This document shows positions 54,284 through 64,000 of a DNA stretch of 64,000 nt, in pieces (the stretch's first letter is position 1; every line of letters starts with the position of its first letter). The stretch is from Rhodothermales bacterium. Its GTDB lineage: Bacteria > Bacteroidota > Rhodothermia > Rhodothermales > JAHQVL01. Position numbers and translations under genes: made by a program. The DNA lies in the NCBI GenBank assembly GCA_034439735.1, contig JAWXAX010000166.1:13355-77354 (forward strand), read 5' to 3'. The notes under the pieces were generated by a model. The model ran no database searches. It worked only from the letters and a program-made list of their open reading frames with translations, and was not told where the DNA came from.

Positions 54284-55470
54284 TCAAGTCCCGTGTGAAG
54301 GCAGGGGTTCGCCGGCCCGATAGTCCGACGGAGAGTGGTTTGTGTGTTTTTTGAAGACCGCGTTGAAGGCCGACTTGGAGTTGAACCCCGCCTCGAGCCC
54401 GATGGCCAGAACGGTGAGGTGGGCGCAGGCGGGATCGGCCAGCTGGGTCTGGGCCTCGCGTACCCGGTAGCCATTGACGAAATCGTAGAAGTTGAGACCG
54501 AGCTGGGTGTTGATGACTTCGGTCAGGTTATGGGGCGAGATGTCGAGCGCGCCGGCGAGGTCGATGAGCGTGAGTTGCCCGTTTCGGTAGAGGTGTTCCT
54601 GTTCCATGAGCGCGCACAGCCGGTCCTTGATGCGGCGCGCCGTTTCGGGGTCCATGCCGGATCGGGTGTAGCGGGGCTTGTTGGATTGGAGCGGCTCGGC
54701 GGGGTTGCTCGCGAACTCGATGACCGGTTCGGGGGGCGGGTCGTTAGGGAGCAGGATTTCGTGTTGCCGGAGGCCGAGGTAGCCGATGAAATAGACCATG
54801 ACCGTGACGGAGAGGAGCGTCAGGTCGTCGAAGGGACCGGTCGGGTCCAGGCCGACCGGGTAGTCGCCGGCGGGGCCACTGGCGACGAACAAACTGCCGG
54901 ATACGACGAGGAGCACGACAAGCGCGATGGTGACATGGCGGACCCATCCGAGCTGGACGCGTTCGAGGGTGGAGTACGCCGACCGGATGCGCCGGCCGTG
55001 GCGGCGAATGAGCACGAGTACCGAGCCGATGTAGGCGGCGCCGATGACGAGTTTAAACGGCGCCAGGAAGCCGATGGCGGCGAGGTAGGGGTTTTCGGTG
55101 GGCTGGCGCATGCCGGCGAGCTTGTCCGCCCCGCTGAGTAGATAAAAGGGCGCCAGGAAGAGGATGAGGCCGACAAATGGCGCGAAATGTAGCGCGTCAC
55201 GCGGTCGGAGCGTCCCCGGAGGCGTAGTGAGCGTCCGGACGTAGAGGAACCAGAGCGGACCGTACAGGAAGCCGATGGCGGCATCGAGTCCGATGAAATG
55301 AGGGAGCCGTGCGTCCAGGCCGGCGCTGTGGTAGGCCGCGATGCCAAGATCGATGGAGAACGTCGTCATCGCCGCCGCGAGGAGGCCGTTGGGCGTCGTC
55401 CGCGGCGTGCGGCCGGCTAGAACCGCCGCGAGAAACAGCCCCTGGACGGCGCCCAGCACGAAGACAATGG

Positions 55471-55474
<4 letters not shown>
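54284..55474 (-). CDS. AraC-family transcriptional regulator with N-terminal polytopic membrane domain
   Basis: About 6-7 hydrophobic helices, then the HTH '[20 protein letters not shown]...[10 protein letters not shown]...[23 protein letters not shown]'. It overlaps the uvrB stop by 4 nt. Confidence 0.88.
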
Positions 55475-57531
<2,057 letters not shown>

Positions 57532-57654
57532 GGAGAAGGGTTTGAAAGGGCGGTTTTTGAATCGGCTGTACAGGGCGATGCGCGCGGTCAGCGGAGGAGA
57601 CTAACATACCCGCATGGGATTTCGTAAGTTGCGTCCATTACACGATGCTAGGGC

Positions 57655-59637
57655 ATGGAACTGGATAATCAGCAAGCGCGCGAGGCGGCCTGGGGAGACA
57701 TACTCGCCGGCGGGCCACCCTCCAGCGAAAAATTTGACCGACTCAACGCCTACGCCGAACGCGCCGTCAACGACGCGCCGCGACAGGTGCTGACGTGGGT
57801 GCCCGCTCTGATCGAAGAGGCACGTCTCGCGGGGGACCCCTATCCTGAGCGGTACGGATACTGGATTCAGGCGATGGCCTTTCACATCTTGTCCGACTAT
57901 GACGAGGCCATGGCGGTACTCCGAGAGGGCATGGCGCTCGCCGAGGCCATCGAGGATCGGCAACTGCAGGCCGGCATGTTGGGCGGGTACGCCGGCGTCT
58001 ACCTGAGCCTGGGCGACTTCGAGAAGGCGCTTTCGTACGGGCAGCGGGCCATCGACGTACTCTCAGACGGCAGCCATGGCATGTACCGCGGCTGGCTATT
58101 GCATGGTTTCGGGGTAGGCTATTTTGAGATGGGCGACCTCGATCGGGCGCTCGGTTATTACGATCAGAGCCTCGCTCTGTTCGAGGCGGAGGGTTTCGGC
58201 ATCGGCACGGCCCGGGCGCTGACGGGTATCGGAGCGGTCCACCAGCGCCGGGGCGATCGTGCGCGGGCTGTGGAGTATTTCCAGCGCGCGTTGTCCCTGT
58301 TTCGCGAGGAAGATAACGTCAACGGCGAAGCGCGGGCCCTGCACGATCTCGGGTGTTTGTGCCTGGAGGAAGGACGGTTTGAGGAGGCCGAGGCGTACCT
58401 GTTGGACGGCCTCGCGATCCGCCGGCAGATCGATAACACGCGGGCCGTGAGCACCAGTCTACTCCACATCGGCCGGCTCTATATTCGCATGCGACGCTAC
58501 GATGAGGCCGAGGCCGTCCTCCAGCGGTCGCTCGCCATCGCGGAGGGGTTGGGCGTGGAGACGCGCATCTACGAATCTCATGAAGCGCTGGCCCAGCTCT
58601 ACGAGGTGCGGGGCGATTCGATGACGGCGCTCGACCATTACAAGGCTTACCACGCCTCGAAAGAGCGTGTGTTCAGCGAGGAACTGCGCGTCAAGATGAG
58701 CCATCTACAGATCCGTCTCGCGGTGGATCAGACGGAGCGTGAGGCCGCCTGGATACGGGAGCAGAACGCCCTGCTTCAGGAGAAAAACGGACGGCTCGAA
58801 GATCTCCTGGCCGAGCTTAACGCCGCGCAGGATCAGTTGATACAGAGCGAAAAGATGATTTCGCTGGGTCAGCTTACGGCCGGCATCGCACACGAGATCA
58901 AAAATCCGCTCAATTTCGTCAATAATTTTGCTGCGCTGTCCGTCGAGCTGGTCGAGGAACTCATCACCTTCCTCGATGCCCATCCCGAAGCCCCGGTTCG
59001 GCAGGTGCGCGAGCAACTGGCGGATGTGTTGAACAACCTCGGGGAAAACGCGAGCCGGATCCAGCAGCACGGCAAACGGGCGGATCGGATCGTGCACGGC
59101 ATGCTTCAGCACGCTCGGGGGGCGTCGGGCGAATGGCGCGAGGTGGACCTCAACCTGCTCCTCGACGAATACGCCGGCCTGGCCTATCACGGCGCTCGCG
59201 CCCGGGATTCGAGCTTCAACGTGACGATCGATAAGCGCTTCGACACGGCCGTCGGGCAGGTGCGCATGGTGCCCCAGGACATTGGGCGCGTGCTGCTCAA
59301 TCTGCTGAGTAATGCGTTCCATGCCGTGAACGCCCGGCGCCAGCGAGGCGATGCCGGCTACGCCCCCCGCGTCCAGCTGGTCACGCGGCGGGAAGGCGAT
59401 AGCGTCATTGTCCGAGTAGAAGATAACGGCATCGGGATCCCCGAGACGCTTTATCCCCGTATATTCAACCCGTTTTTTACCACCAAGCCGCCCGGCGAAG
59501 GGACTGGACTGGGGCTGTCGCTCAGCTACGATATTGTCACCCAGGGACATCGTGGGGCGCTCCAGGCCGATCCGTCCGTCGTAGACGGGGCGGCTTTTGA
59601 AATGACCCTGCCCACGGGCGCCACCTCGCCGGCGTGA
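57655..59637 (+). CDS. Soluble TPR-repeat sensor histidine kinase
   Basis: No TM segment. About 8 TPR-like units ('GDFEKALSYGQRAI', 'GDLDRALGYYDQSLALF', 'GDRARAVEYFQRALSLF', 'GRFEEAEAYLLDGLAI', 'RRYDEAEAVLQRSLAI'). Coiled coil. H-box 'AGIAHEIKNPLNF' (His codon 58891-58893). N/G boxes 'LLNLLSNAFHA', 'DNGIGIP', 'GTGLGLS'. Confidence 0.9.
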   Translation: MELDNQQAREAAWGDILAGGPPSSEKFDRLNAYAERAVNDAPRQVLTWVPALIEEARLAGDPYPERYGYWIQAMAFHILSDYDEAMAVLREGMALAEAIEDRQLQAGMLGGYAGVYLSLGDFEKALSYGQRAIDVLSDGSHGMYRGWLLHGFGVGYFEMGDLDRALGYYDQSLALFEAEGFGIGTARALTGIGAVHQRRGDRARAVEYFQRALSLFREEDNVNGEARALHDLGCLCLEEGRFEEAEAYLLDGLAIRRQIDNTRAVSTSLLHIGRLYIRMRRYDEAEAVLQRSLAIAEGLGVETRIYESHEALAQLYEVRGDSMTALDHYKAYHASKERVFSEELRVKMSHLQIRLAVDQTEREAAWIREQNALLQEKNGRLEDLLAELNAAQDQLIQSEKMISLGQLTAGIAHEIKNPLNFVNNFAALSVELVEELITFLDAHPEAPVRQVREQLADVLNNLGENASRIQQHGKRADRIVHGMLQHARGASGEWREVDLNLLLDEYAGLAYHGARARDSSFNVTIDKRFDTAVGQVRMVPQDIGRVLLNLLSNAFHAVNARRQRGDAGYAPRVQLVTRREGDSVIVRVEDNGIGIPETLYPRIFNPFFTTKPPGEGTGLGLSLSYDIVTQGHRGALQADPSVVDGAAFEMTLPTGATSPA

Positions 59638-59674
59638 GGCGGCGCGAAACATCGGGCGTTGCGCCCGTACGTGT

Positions 59675-60064
59675 ATGCAACGCGACACCCTTCACGTGCT
59701 CGTCGTCGACGACGAGGAAGACATGCAATGGTTGTTCCGTCAGCATTTCCGGAAGGAAATCAAGGCGAATACCCTTTCATTCCACTTCGCGCTTTCGGGT
59801 GAGGATGCACTGACGTATATGCGCTCGCTCAAACGGGCGGACATCGTGCTGGTGTTGTCCGACATCAATATGCCGGGGATGACGGGGCTGGAGTTGCTCA
59901 AGTGGCTCAAGCAGGAGTATGCCGGCGTGCCCGTGCACATCATCACTGCCTACGGCGACGAGCAAAACTACCGCTCCGCCATGCAGTATGGCGCGGACGG
60001 CTATCTCACAAAACCCATCGACTTCGCAGAGTTGAAGCAGACGATCGTGAGGATGACGGCGTAG
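59675..60064 (+). CDS. Stand-alone response-regulator receiver protein
   Basis: 'VLVVDDEEDM', 'LVLSDINMPGMTG', 'ITAYGD', 'YLTKPIDF'. 129 aa with no output domain. Confidence 0.9.
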   Translation: MQRDTLHVLVVDDEEDMQWLFRQHFRKEIKANTLSFHFALSGEDALTYMRSLKRADIVLVLSDINMPGMTGLELLKWLKQEYAGVPVHIITAYGDEQNYRSAMQYGADGYLTKPIDFAELKQTIVRMTA

Positions 60065-61477
60065 ATGGAAGCACCCAGAAAAATACTCGTGGTGGACGAC
60101 GAGCCCGATCTGGGCGCGTTGATCCGTCAGAAATTTCGGAAGGAAATCCGCGCCGGCGATTATGACTTCGTCATGGCGTTGGATGGGTACGAGGCGCTCG
60201 ATCGGCTCAACGAAGATCGCGACATCGAGATCGTACTGACCGATATCAACATGCCGCGGATGGATGGGTTGACGTTGTTGACCCACATCAGCCGGCTCGA
60301 ACGGCTATTGCAGGCCGTCGTGGTGTCCGCCTATGGCGATCTCGACAACATTCGCCAGGCGATGAACCGGGGGTCATTCGACTTTCTGATGAAGCCGATC
60401 GATCTGCATGACCTCGAAATCACCATCAAAAAAGCCATCGACATTGTCGATGAACGCCGGCGGGCCCGACGGGTCCGCGAGACGTTCGGCCGGTACCTGT
60501 CGGACGAGGTCGCGTCCGCGCTGCTCGACAATCCGGACGCCTGGCGGCTGGGCGGTGAAAAGCGCCCCGTGACGATCCTCATGTCCGATCTCCGCGGCTT
60601 CTCGAATGTGTCGGAACGGCTGCCGCCGGAAGTAGTGGTCGACATTCTGAATACCTATCTCGGGAAGATGGCCGACGTCATCGCCGCGTACAATGGCACG
60701 ATCGACGAGTTTATCGGAGACGCGATCCTGGTCGTTTTTGGCGCCCCGTTACAGCGGCCGGACGACGCCGAGCGGGCCGTGGCGTGTGCGCTGGCCATGC
60801 AGCGTGAGATGGCCGTGGTGAACGAGGTGATGCACGCCCGCGGGTGGCCGGCGCTCGAAATGGGCATCGGCATCAACACCGGCGAGGTTGTCGTGGGCAA
60901 CATTGGATCGGCCAAACGCGCCAAGTACGGTGTCGTCGGGAGCCACGTCAACCTGACATCCCGCATCGAGTCCTACACCGTCGGCGGGCAGATCCTGCTG
61001 TCGGAGGGGACGCGGACCGCGGCCGGCGGGGGCCTGGTCATCGGCCGGCGGATGGAGGTGTCGACCAAGGGGTTCGCCGAGCCCATCGCGTTGTACGAGG
61101 TGGAAGGGATCGGGCCGCCCTACGACCTGTATCTCGCCGGCGAGGCCGATCCGCTCGTCGACCTCGCGGCGCCGTATCCCCTCCATTACATGGTGTTTGA
61201 TGGAAAACACGTGACCGGTCGGCGCTCGGAAGGCGCGTTGTTGGCGCTCTCTCATCGAACGGCCCTGGTCCAGCTCTCCGCGCCCGTGCAGGTGTTGGAG
61301 AATGTACGTGTGGATATCGCATGGCACAGGGGCGACGAGCCGGCGTCGGGTGATCTGTATGCGAAGGTGACTGAAGCCGACGCCGGCCGGCAGACGGCGT
61401 TGCTCCGCTTCACGGCCATCCCCGAAGATGTCGCCAGCGCCCTCCGCGCGCTGATCGATCCCACACAATCCATGTGA
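60065..61477 (+). CDS. Response regulator fused to a class III adenylate/guanylate cyclase plus an unassigned C-terminal module
   Basis: REC '[10 protein letters not shown]...[12 protein letters not shown]...SAYGD...MKPIDL'. Cyclase '[12 protein letters not shown]', '[18 protein letters not shown]', '[16 protein letters not shown]', '[16 protein letters not shown]'. About 105 aa remain unassigned. The ATG directly abuts the upstream TAG. Confidence 0.92.
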   Translation: MEAPRKILVVDDEPDLGALIRQKFRKEIRAGDYDFVMALDGYEALDRLNEDRDIEIVLTDINMPRMDGLTLLTHISRLERLLQAVVVSAYGDLDNIRQAMNRGSFDFLMKPIDLHDLEITIKKAIDIVDERRRARRVRETFGRYLSDEVASALLDNPDAWRLGGEKRPVTILMSDLRGFSNVSERLPPEVVVDILNTYLGKMADVIAAYNGTIDEFIGDAILVVFGAPLQRPDDAERAVACALAMQREMAVVNEVMHARGWPALEMGIGINTGEVVVGNIGSAKRAKYGVVGSHVNLTSRIESYTVGGQILLSEGTRTAAGGGLVIGRRMEVSTKGFAEPIALYEVEGIGPPYDLYLAGEADPLVDLAAPYPLHYMVFDGKHVTGRRSEGALLALSHRTALVQLSAPVQVLENVRVDIAWHRGDEPASGDLYAKVTEADAGRQTALLRFTAIPEDVASALRALIDPTQSM

Positions 61478-62631
61478 ACGCCATCATGCCCTTCGATATA
61501 CTGGTCGTCGACGACGAGCCGGACCTCGAGTTGCTCATTCGACAGCGCTTCCGGAAACGGATTCGGGCCGAGGAATGGGCGTTCCACTTCGCGCAGAACG
61601 GGTTTCAGGCGCTGGATGTCCTGCAGGAGCAACCCCAGATCCAGCTCATCCTGACCGACATCAACATGCCCGGCATGGACGGGCTCACGCTGCTGGATCG
61701 GCTCCAGGGGATGGATCGCTTGCTGAAAGCGGTCGTCGTGTCGGCGTATGGGGACATGAGCAACATCCGCGTCGCCATGAACCGCGGCGCGTACGACTTC
61801 GTGACGAAGCCCGTCGATTTCGACGATCTGGAGCGGACGATCGACAAAGGGGTGCGGGAGCTGCGGGTGGTTGGCGAGGCGCTGAACGACCAGCGCGCGC
61901 TCCTCGATCTCCAGAAAGAACTATCCGTGGCCCGACGGATTCAGCGGGCGTTTCTGCCGGCGGAAACCCTCGAAACCGAACAGATTTCGATGCATGCATT
62001 CCTGGAGCCGGCGCGGGAGGTGGGTGGAGATTTCTACGACTTCTTCAAGATCGGGGACGACCGGATGGGGGTGGTCATCGGCGACGTATCCGGGAAAGGG
62101 GTGTCGGCGGCGCTGTTCATGGCGATCACGCGCACGCTGGTCCAGGCGGTGGCGATGCACGTCGATGCGCCGGGCGACATCGCCGAGCGGGTCAACCGGA
62201 TGTTGTATCCGCAGAGCCTATCGGAAGTGTTCGTGACGGCGGTTATCGGCATCCTGGAGCTTTCGAGCGGGCAGTTCACCTATGTCACCGCCGGACACCC
62301 GGCGCCCTGCCTGGTGACGGCGGACGGCGGCGTCTCGACCCTCGAGCGGACGCGGGGCGTCGGGTTGTGTATGGTGAGTTCCTTTACCTTCGCGGAGGCC
62401 GCCGTTCGATTGGCGCCAGGCGATACCTTGTTTCTGTACACGGACGGCATCACGGAGGCTGTGGGCGAGAAGGGCGCCTTTTTCGAGGAGGTGCGTTTGA
62501 TGGCCTCGCTGGGGTCGCGGGGCGGCGCCGAGGCGATCCTGCGTGGTGTACGCGAGGCGGTGAGCACCTTCACGGCCGGGCAGGCCCAGTTCGACGACCT
62601 GACGGCGCTCGCGTTGACGTACCGGGGCTGA
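61474..62631 (+). CDS. Response regulator fused to a PP2C/SpoIIE-type phosphatase
   Basis: REC '[10 protein letters not shown]...[12 protein letters not shown]...SAYGD...TKPVDF'. SpoIIE 'VGGDFYDFF', '[17 protein letters not shown]', '[11 protein letters not shown]', 'FDDLTALAL'. The GTG at 61474 overlaps the upstream TGA; the ATG at 61486 ('[10 protein letters not shown]') is an equally good start. Confidence 0.9.
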   Translation: MNAIMPFDILVVDDEPDLELLIRQRFRKRIRAEEWAFHFAQNGFQALDVLQEQPQIQLILTDINMPGMDGLTLLDRLQGMDRLLKAVVVSAYGDMSNIRVAMNRGAYDFVTKPVDFDDLERTIDKGVRELRVVGEALNDQRALLDLQKELSVARRIQRAFLPAETLETEQISMHAFLEPAREVGGDFYDFFKIGDDRMGVVIGDVSGKGVSAALFMAITRTLVQAVAMHVDAPGDIAERVNRMLYPQSLSEVFVTAVIGILELSSGQFTYVTAGHPAPCLVTADGGVSTLERTRGVGLCMVSSFTFAEAAVRLAPGDTLFLYTDGITEAVGEKGAFFEEVRLMASLGSRGGAEAILRGVREAVSTFTAGQAQFDDLTALALTYRG

Positions 62632-62677
62632 AGAATCGGCGTCTCCTGATGCCGGCCTCGATAGACGACTTCGTTAC

Positions 62678-63166
62678 ATGCAGATAAAAATATTCACCAC
62701 CGGCGGCACCATCGACAAGGTGTACTTCGACGCCAAAAGCGAATTCGCCGTCGGCGATCCTCAGATCACGCGCATCCTGTCGGATGCCGGCGTGGTGGTC
62801 TCTTACGCCATCGAGCGGTTGTTATCCAAGGATAGCCTGGAGATTACCGACGCGGACCGGGCGCTGATGCTGGAACGGGTCTCGCACGAATCCGCGCCGC
62901 ATATTCTGATAACACACGGGACCGATACGATGGTAGATACGGCGCGGGTGCTCGAAGCCGTGCCCAATAAAACGATTGTCCTGGTCGGTTCGCTCAGCCC
63001 CGCCCGGTTTAAGAACAGCGACGCCGAGTTTAACATCGGTTTTGCGCTCGCCACCGTCCAGGCCATGCCCCCCGGCGTCTACATCGCGATGAATGGACGC
63101 ATCTTTTCGTCGGGTTCGGTTCGGAAAAATCGGGAGAAAAATTGTTTTGAGTCCACCGCTCCATGA
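62678..63166 (+). CDS. Asparaginase-domain protein (short, N-terminal-domain-only type)
   Basis: 'IFTTGGTIDK' (asparaginase TGGTI motif), 'ILITHGTDTM', 'IVLVGSLSP'. Only 162 aa. Confidence 0.8.
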   Translation: MQIKIFTTGGTIDKVYFDAKSEFAVGDPQITRILSDAGVVVSYAIERLLSKDSLEITDADRALMLERVSHESAPHILITHGTDTMVDTARVLEAVPNKTIVLVGSLSPARFKNSDAEFNIGFALATVQAMPPGVYIAMNGRIFSSGSVRKNREKNCFESTAP

Positions 63167-63307
63167 GTTCGCTCCCGTTTTATAGGTTTTACCACCCGTG
63201 GCCGATACTGCAAGGGCCTACCCCTTCGGATCGCCCGTTTGTGCAGCTCCCCTGCCCGCCTTCCCCCCGGGGTTATATAAAAAAGACCACCAAACCCGGA
63301 AGTTGCT

Positions 63308-64000
63308 GTGCAGTCTACTCTGGAGATCGATCAGTTGAGCGCCCGCTTCGCGCTTGGCCGGCAGGTTACATTTGTTGAAGGCCCCGGCGGTTTGCCGATG
63401 ATTGAGCTGGCGCACGATCAGGCCCGCGCCACGGTGTCGTTGTACGGGGGGCAGGTGCTGAAATTCCAGCCCGCCGGCGCCGAGCCGGTGCTCTGGATGA
63501 GCGAAAAGAGCCATTTTGAAGAGGGCCGCGCCATCCGCGGCGGCATCCCGCTTTGCTGGCCCTGGTTCGGACCGTCGCTTCTGGACGACACGCTGCCCAA
63601 TCACGGTTTCGTACGAAACCGGATGTGGGACGTGCGCGCCACACGGATCGTGGACGGCGAAGCCGCGCAGGTCCGCCTGGGGTTGTCGGACGACGCGGAG
63701 TCCCTCCGGATGTGGCCGCATCCCTTTGACCTCGAACTCGTCATCACCGTCGACACCGCGCTTACCGTCGAACTCATCGTTCGTAATACCGGCCACTTCG
63801 CGTTTGTCTGCGGCGGCGCGCTCCACACGTACCTGATCGTCGGCAACGTCGGCGATGTGCAGGTACACGGGCTGGAAGGCCTGTCGTACATCGATCAGCT
63901 CCGCCCCGACACGCTCAACCGGCAGGAGGGGCCCATCGTTTTTCGTGGCGAAGTGGACAACATCTACCTCGACACCACCGGTCCATGCGTCCTGGAGGAT
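63308..64000 (+). CDS. D-hexose-6-phosphate mutarotase (aldose 1-epimerase family), 3'-partial
   Basis: Not in the ORF track because no stop falls inside the window. My own translation from the GTG at 63308 is open to nt 64000: '...GGQVLKFQPAGAEPVLWMSEKSHFEEGRAIRGGIPLCWPWFGP...PNHGFVRNRMW...FVCGGALHTYL...GEVDNIYLD'. Confidence 0.85.
   Translation, partial: MQSTLEIDQLSARFALGRQVTFVEGPGGLPMIELAHDQARATVSLYGGQVLKFQPAGAEPVLWMSEKSHFEEGRAIRGGIPLCWPWFGPSLLDDTLPNHGFVRNRMWDVRATRIVDGEAAQVRLGLSDDAESLRMWPHPFDLELVITVDTALTVELIVRNTGHFAFVCGGALHTYLIVGNVGDVQVHGLEGLSYIDQLRPDTLNRQEGPIVFRGEVDNIYLDTTGPCVLED

Noticed and set aside
61575-62687. 370-aa same-strand alternative-frame ORF overlapping the REC-PP2C gene
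   Set aside because: The translation is Arg/Gly/Pro-rich nonsense. The annotated frame carries REC and SpoIIE motifs along its whole length.

Overview
GC-rich bacterial chromosomal window with about 51 protein-coding genes. By eye I found no rRNA, tRNA, CRISPR array, transposase, integrase or recognisable defence-system gene. The gene content suggests a Bacteroidota/Rhodothermota-type organism, which is inference only. The supporting signals are five type-A T9SS C-terminal sorting domains, a PorV/PorQ-like barrel, a GWxTD protein, a Cys-less L31, a CarboxypepD_reg-type TonB-dependent receptor and sigma70-like TTGACA/TATAAT promoters.

Layout:
(1) 1-14.3 kb is an island of T9SS-exported proteins. 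It holds a large Asp-rich-repeat protein, a PorV/PorQ-like barrel, a multi-module CBM-like protein, a CRTAC1/ASPIC-type FG-GAP protein, a 1010-aa GH13 amylase and an integrin-like FG-GAP protein. Two structured palindromic elements sit in its 3' UTR/intergenic regions.
(2) 14.3-15.5 kb carries an A/T-richer opposite-strand orphan gene and a repeat-rich divergent intergenic region.
(3) 15.5-23.5 kb encodes an alkaline-phosphatase-family enzyme, an M19 dipeptidase, a GNAT, a lipoprotein GH13 enzyme and a MalEFG-like ABC importer with no ATPase gene.
(4) 23.6-46.8 kb is mostly housekeeping: CDP-alcohol phosphatidyltransferase, ftsY, GWxTD, fmt, MoxR, hprK, M23 peptidase, a BamA/TamA-like protein, rlmD, a fused Kgd/OdhA-type 2-oxoglutarate dehydrogenase, rpsU, rdgB, dtd, moaC and floA.
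(5) 46.8-57.5 kb lies on the minus strand: crotonase, a PspA three-gene unit, deoA, L31, a TonB-dependent receptor, a membrane AraC regulator and uvrB.
(6) 57.7-62.6 kb is a signalling operon with a soluble TPR histidine kinase and three paralogous receiver proteins (stand-alone, class III cyclase, PP2C/SpoIIE phosphatase). An asparaginase-like gene and a 3'-partial hexose-6-phosphate mutarotase follow.

Best candidates for undescribed biology:
- the one-kinase/three-output receiver operon
- the cloverleaf-like palindromic element family
- the cargo-PorV-cargo unit
- the PspA plus half-PspA plus membrane coiled-coil unit
- a galactokinase-family protein whose catalytic motifs are all degenerate

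Limits: all calls come from reading the ORF translations and sequence by eye. No searches or folding energies were run. Several start codons are uncertain, and product names rest on motif recognition.
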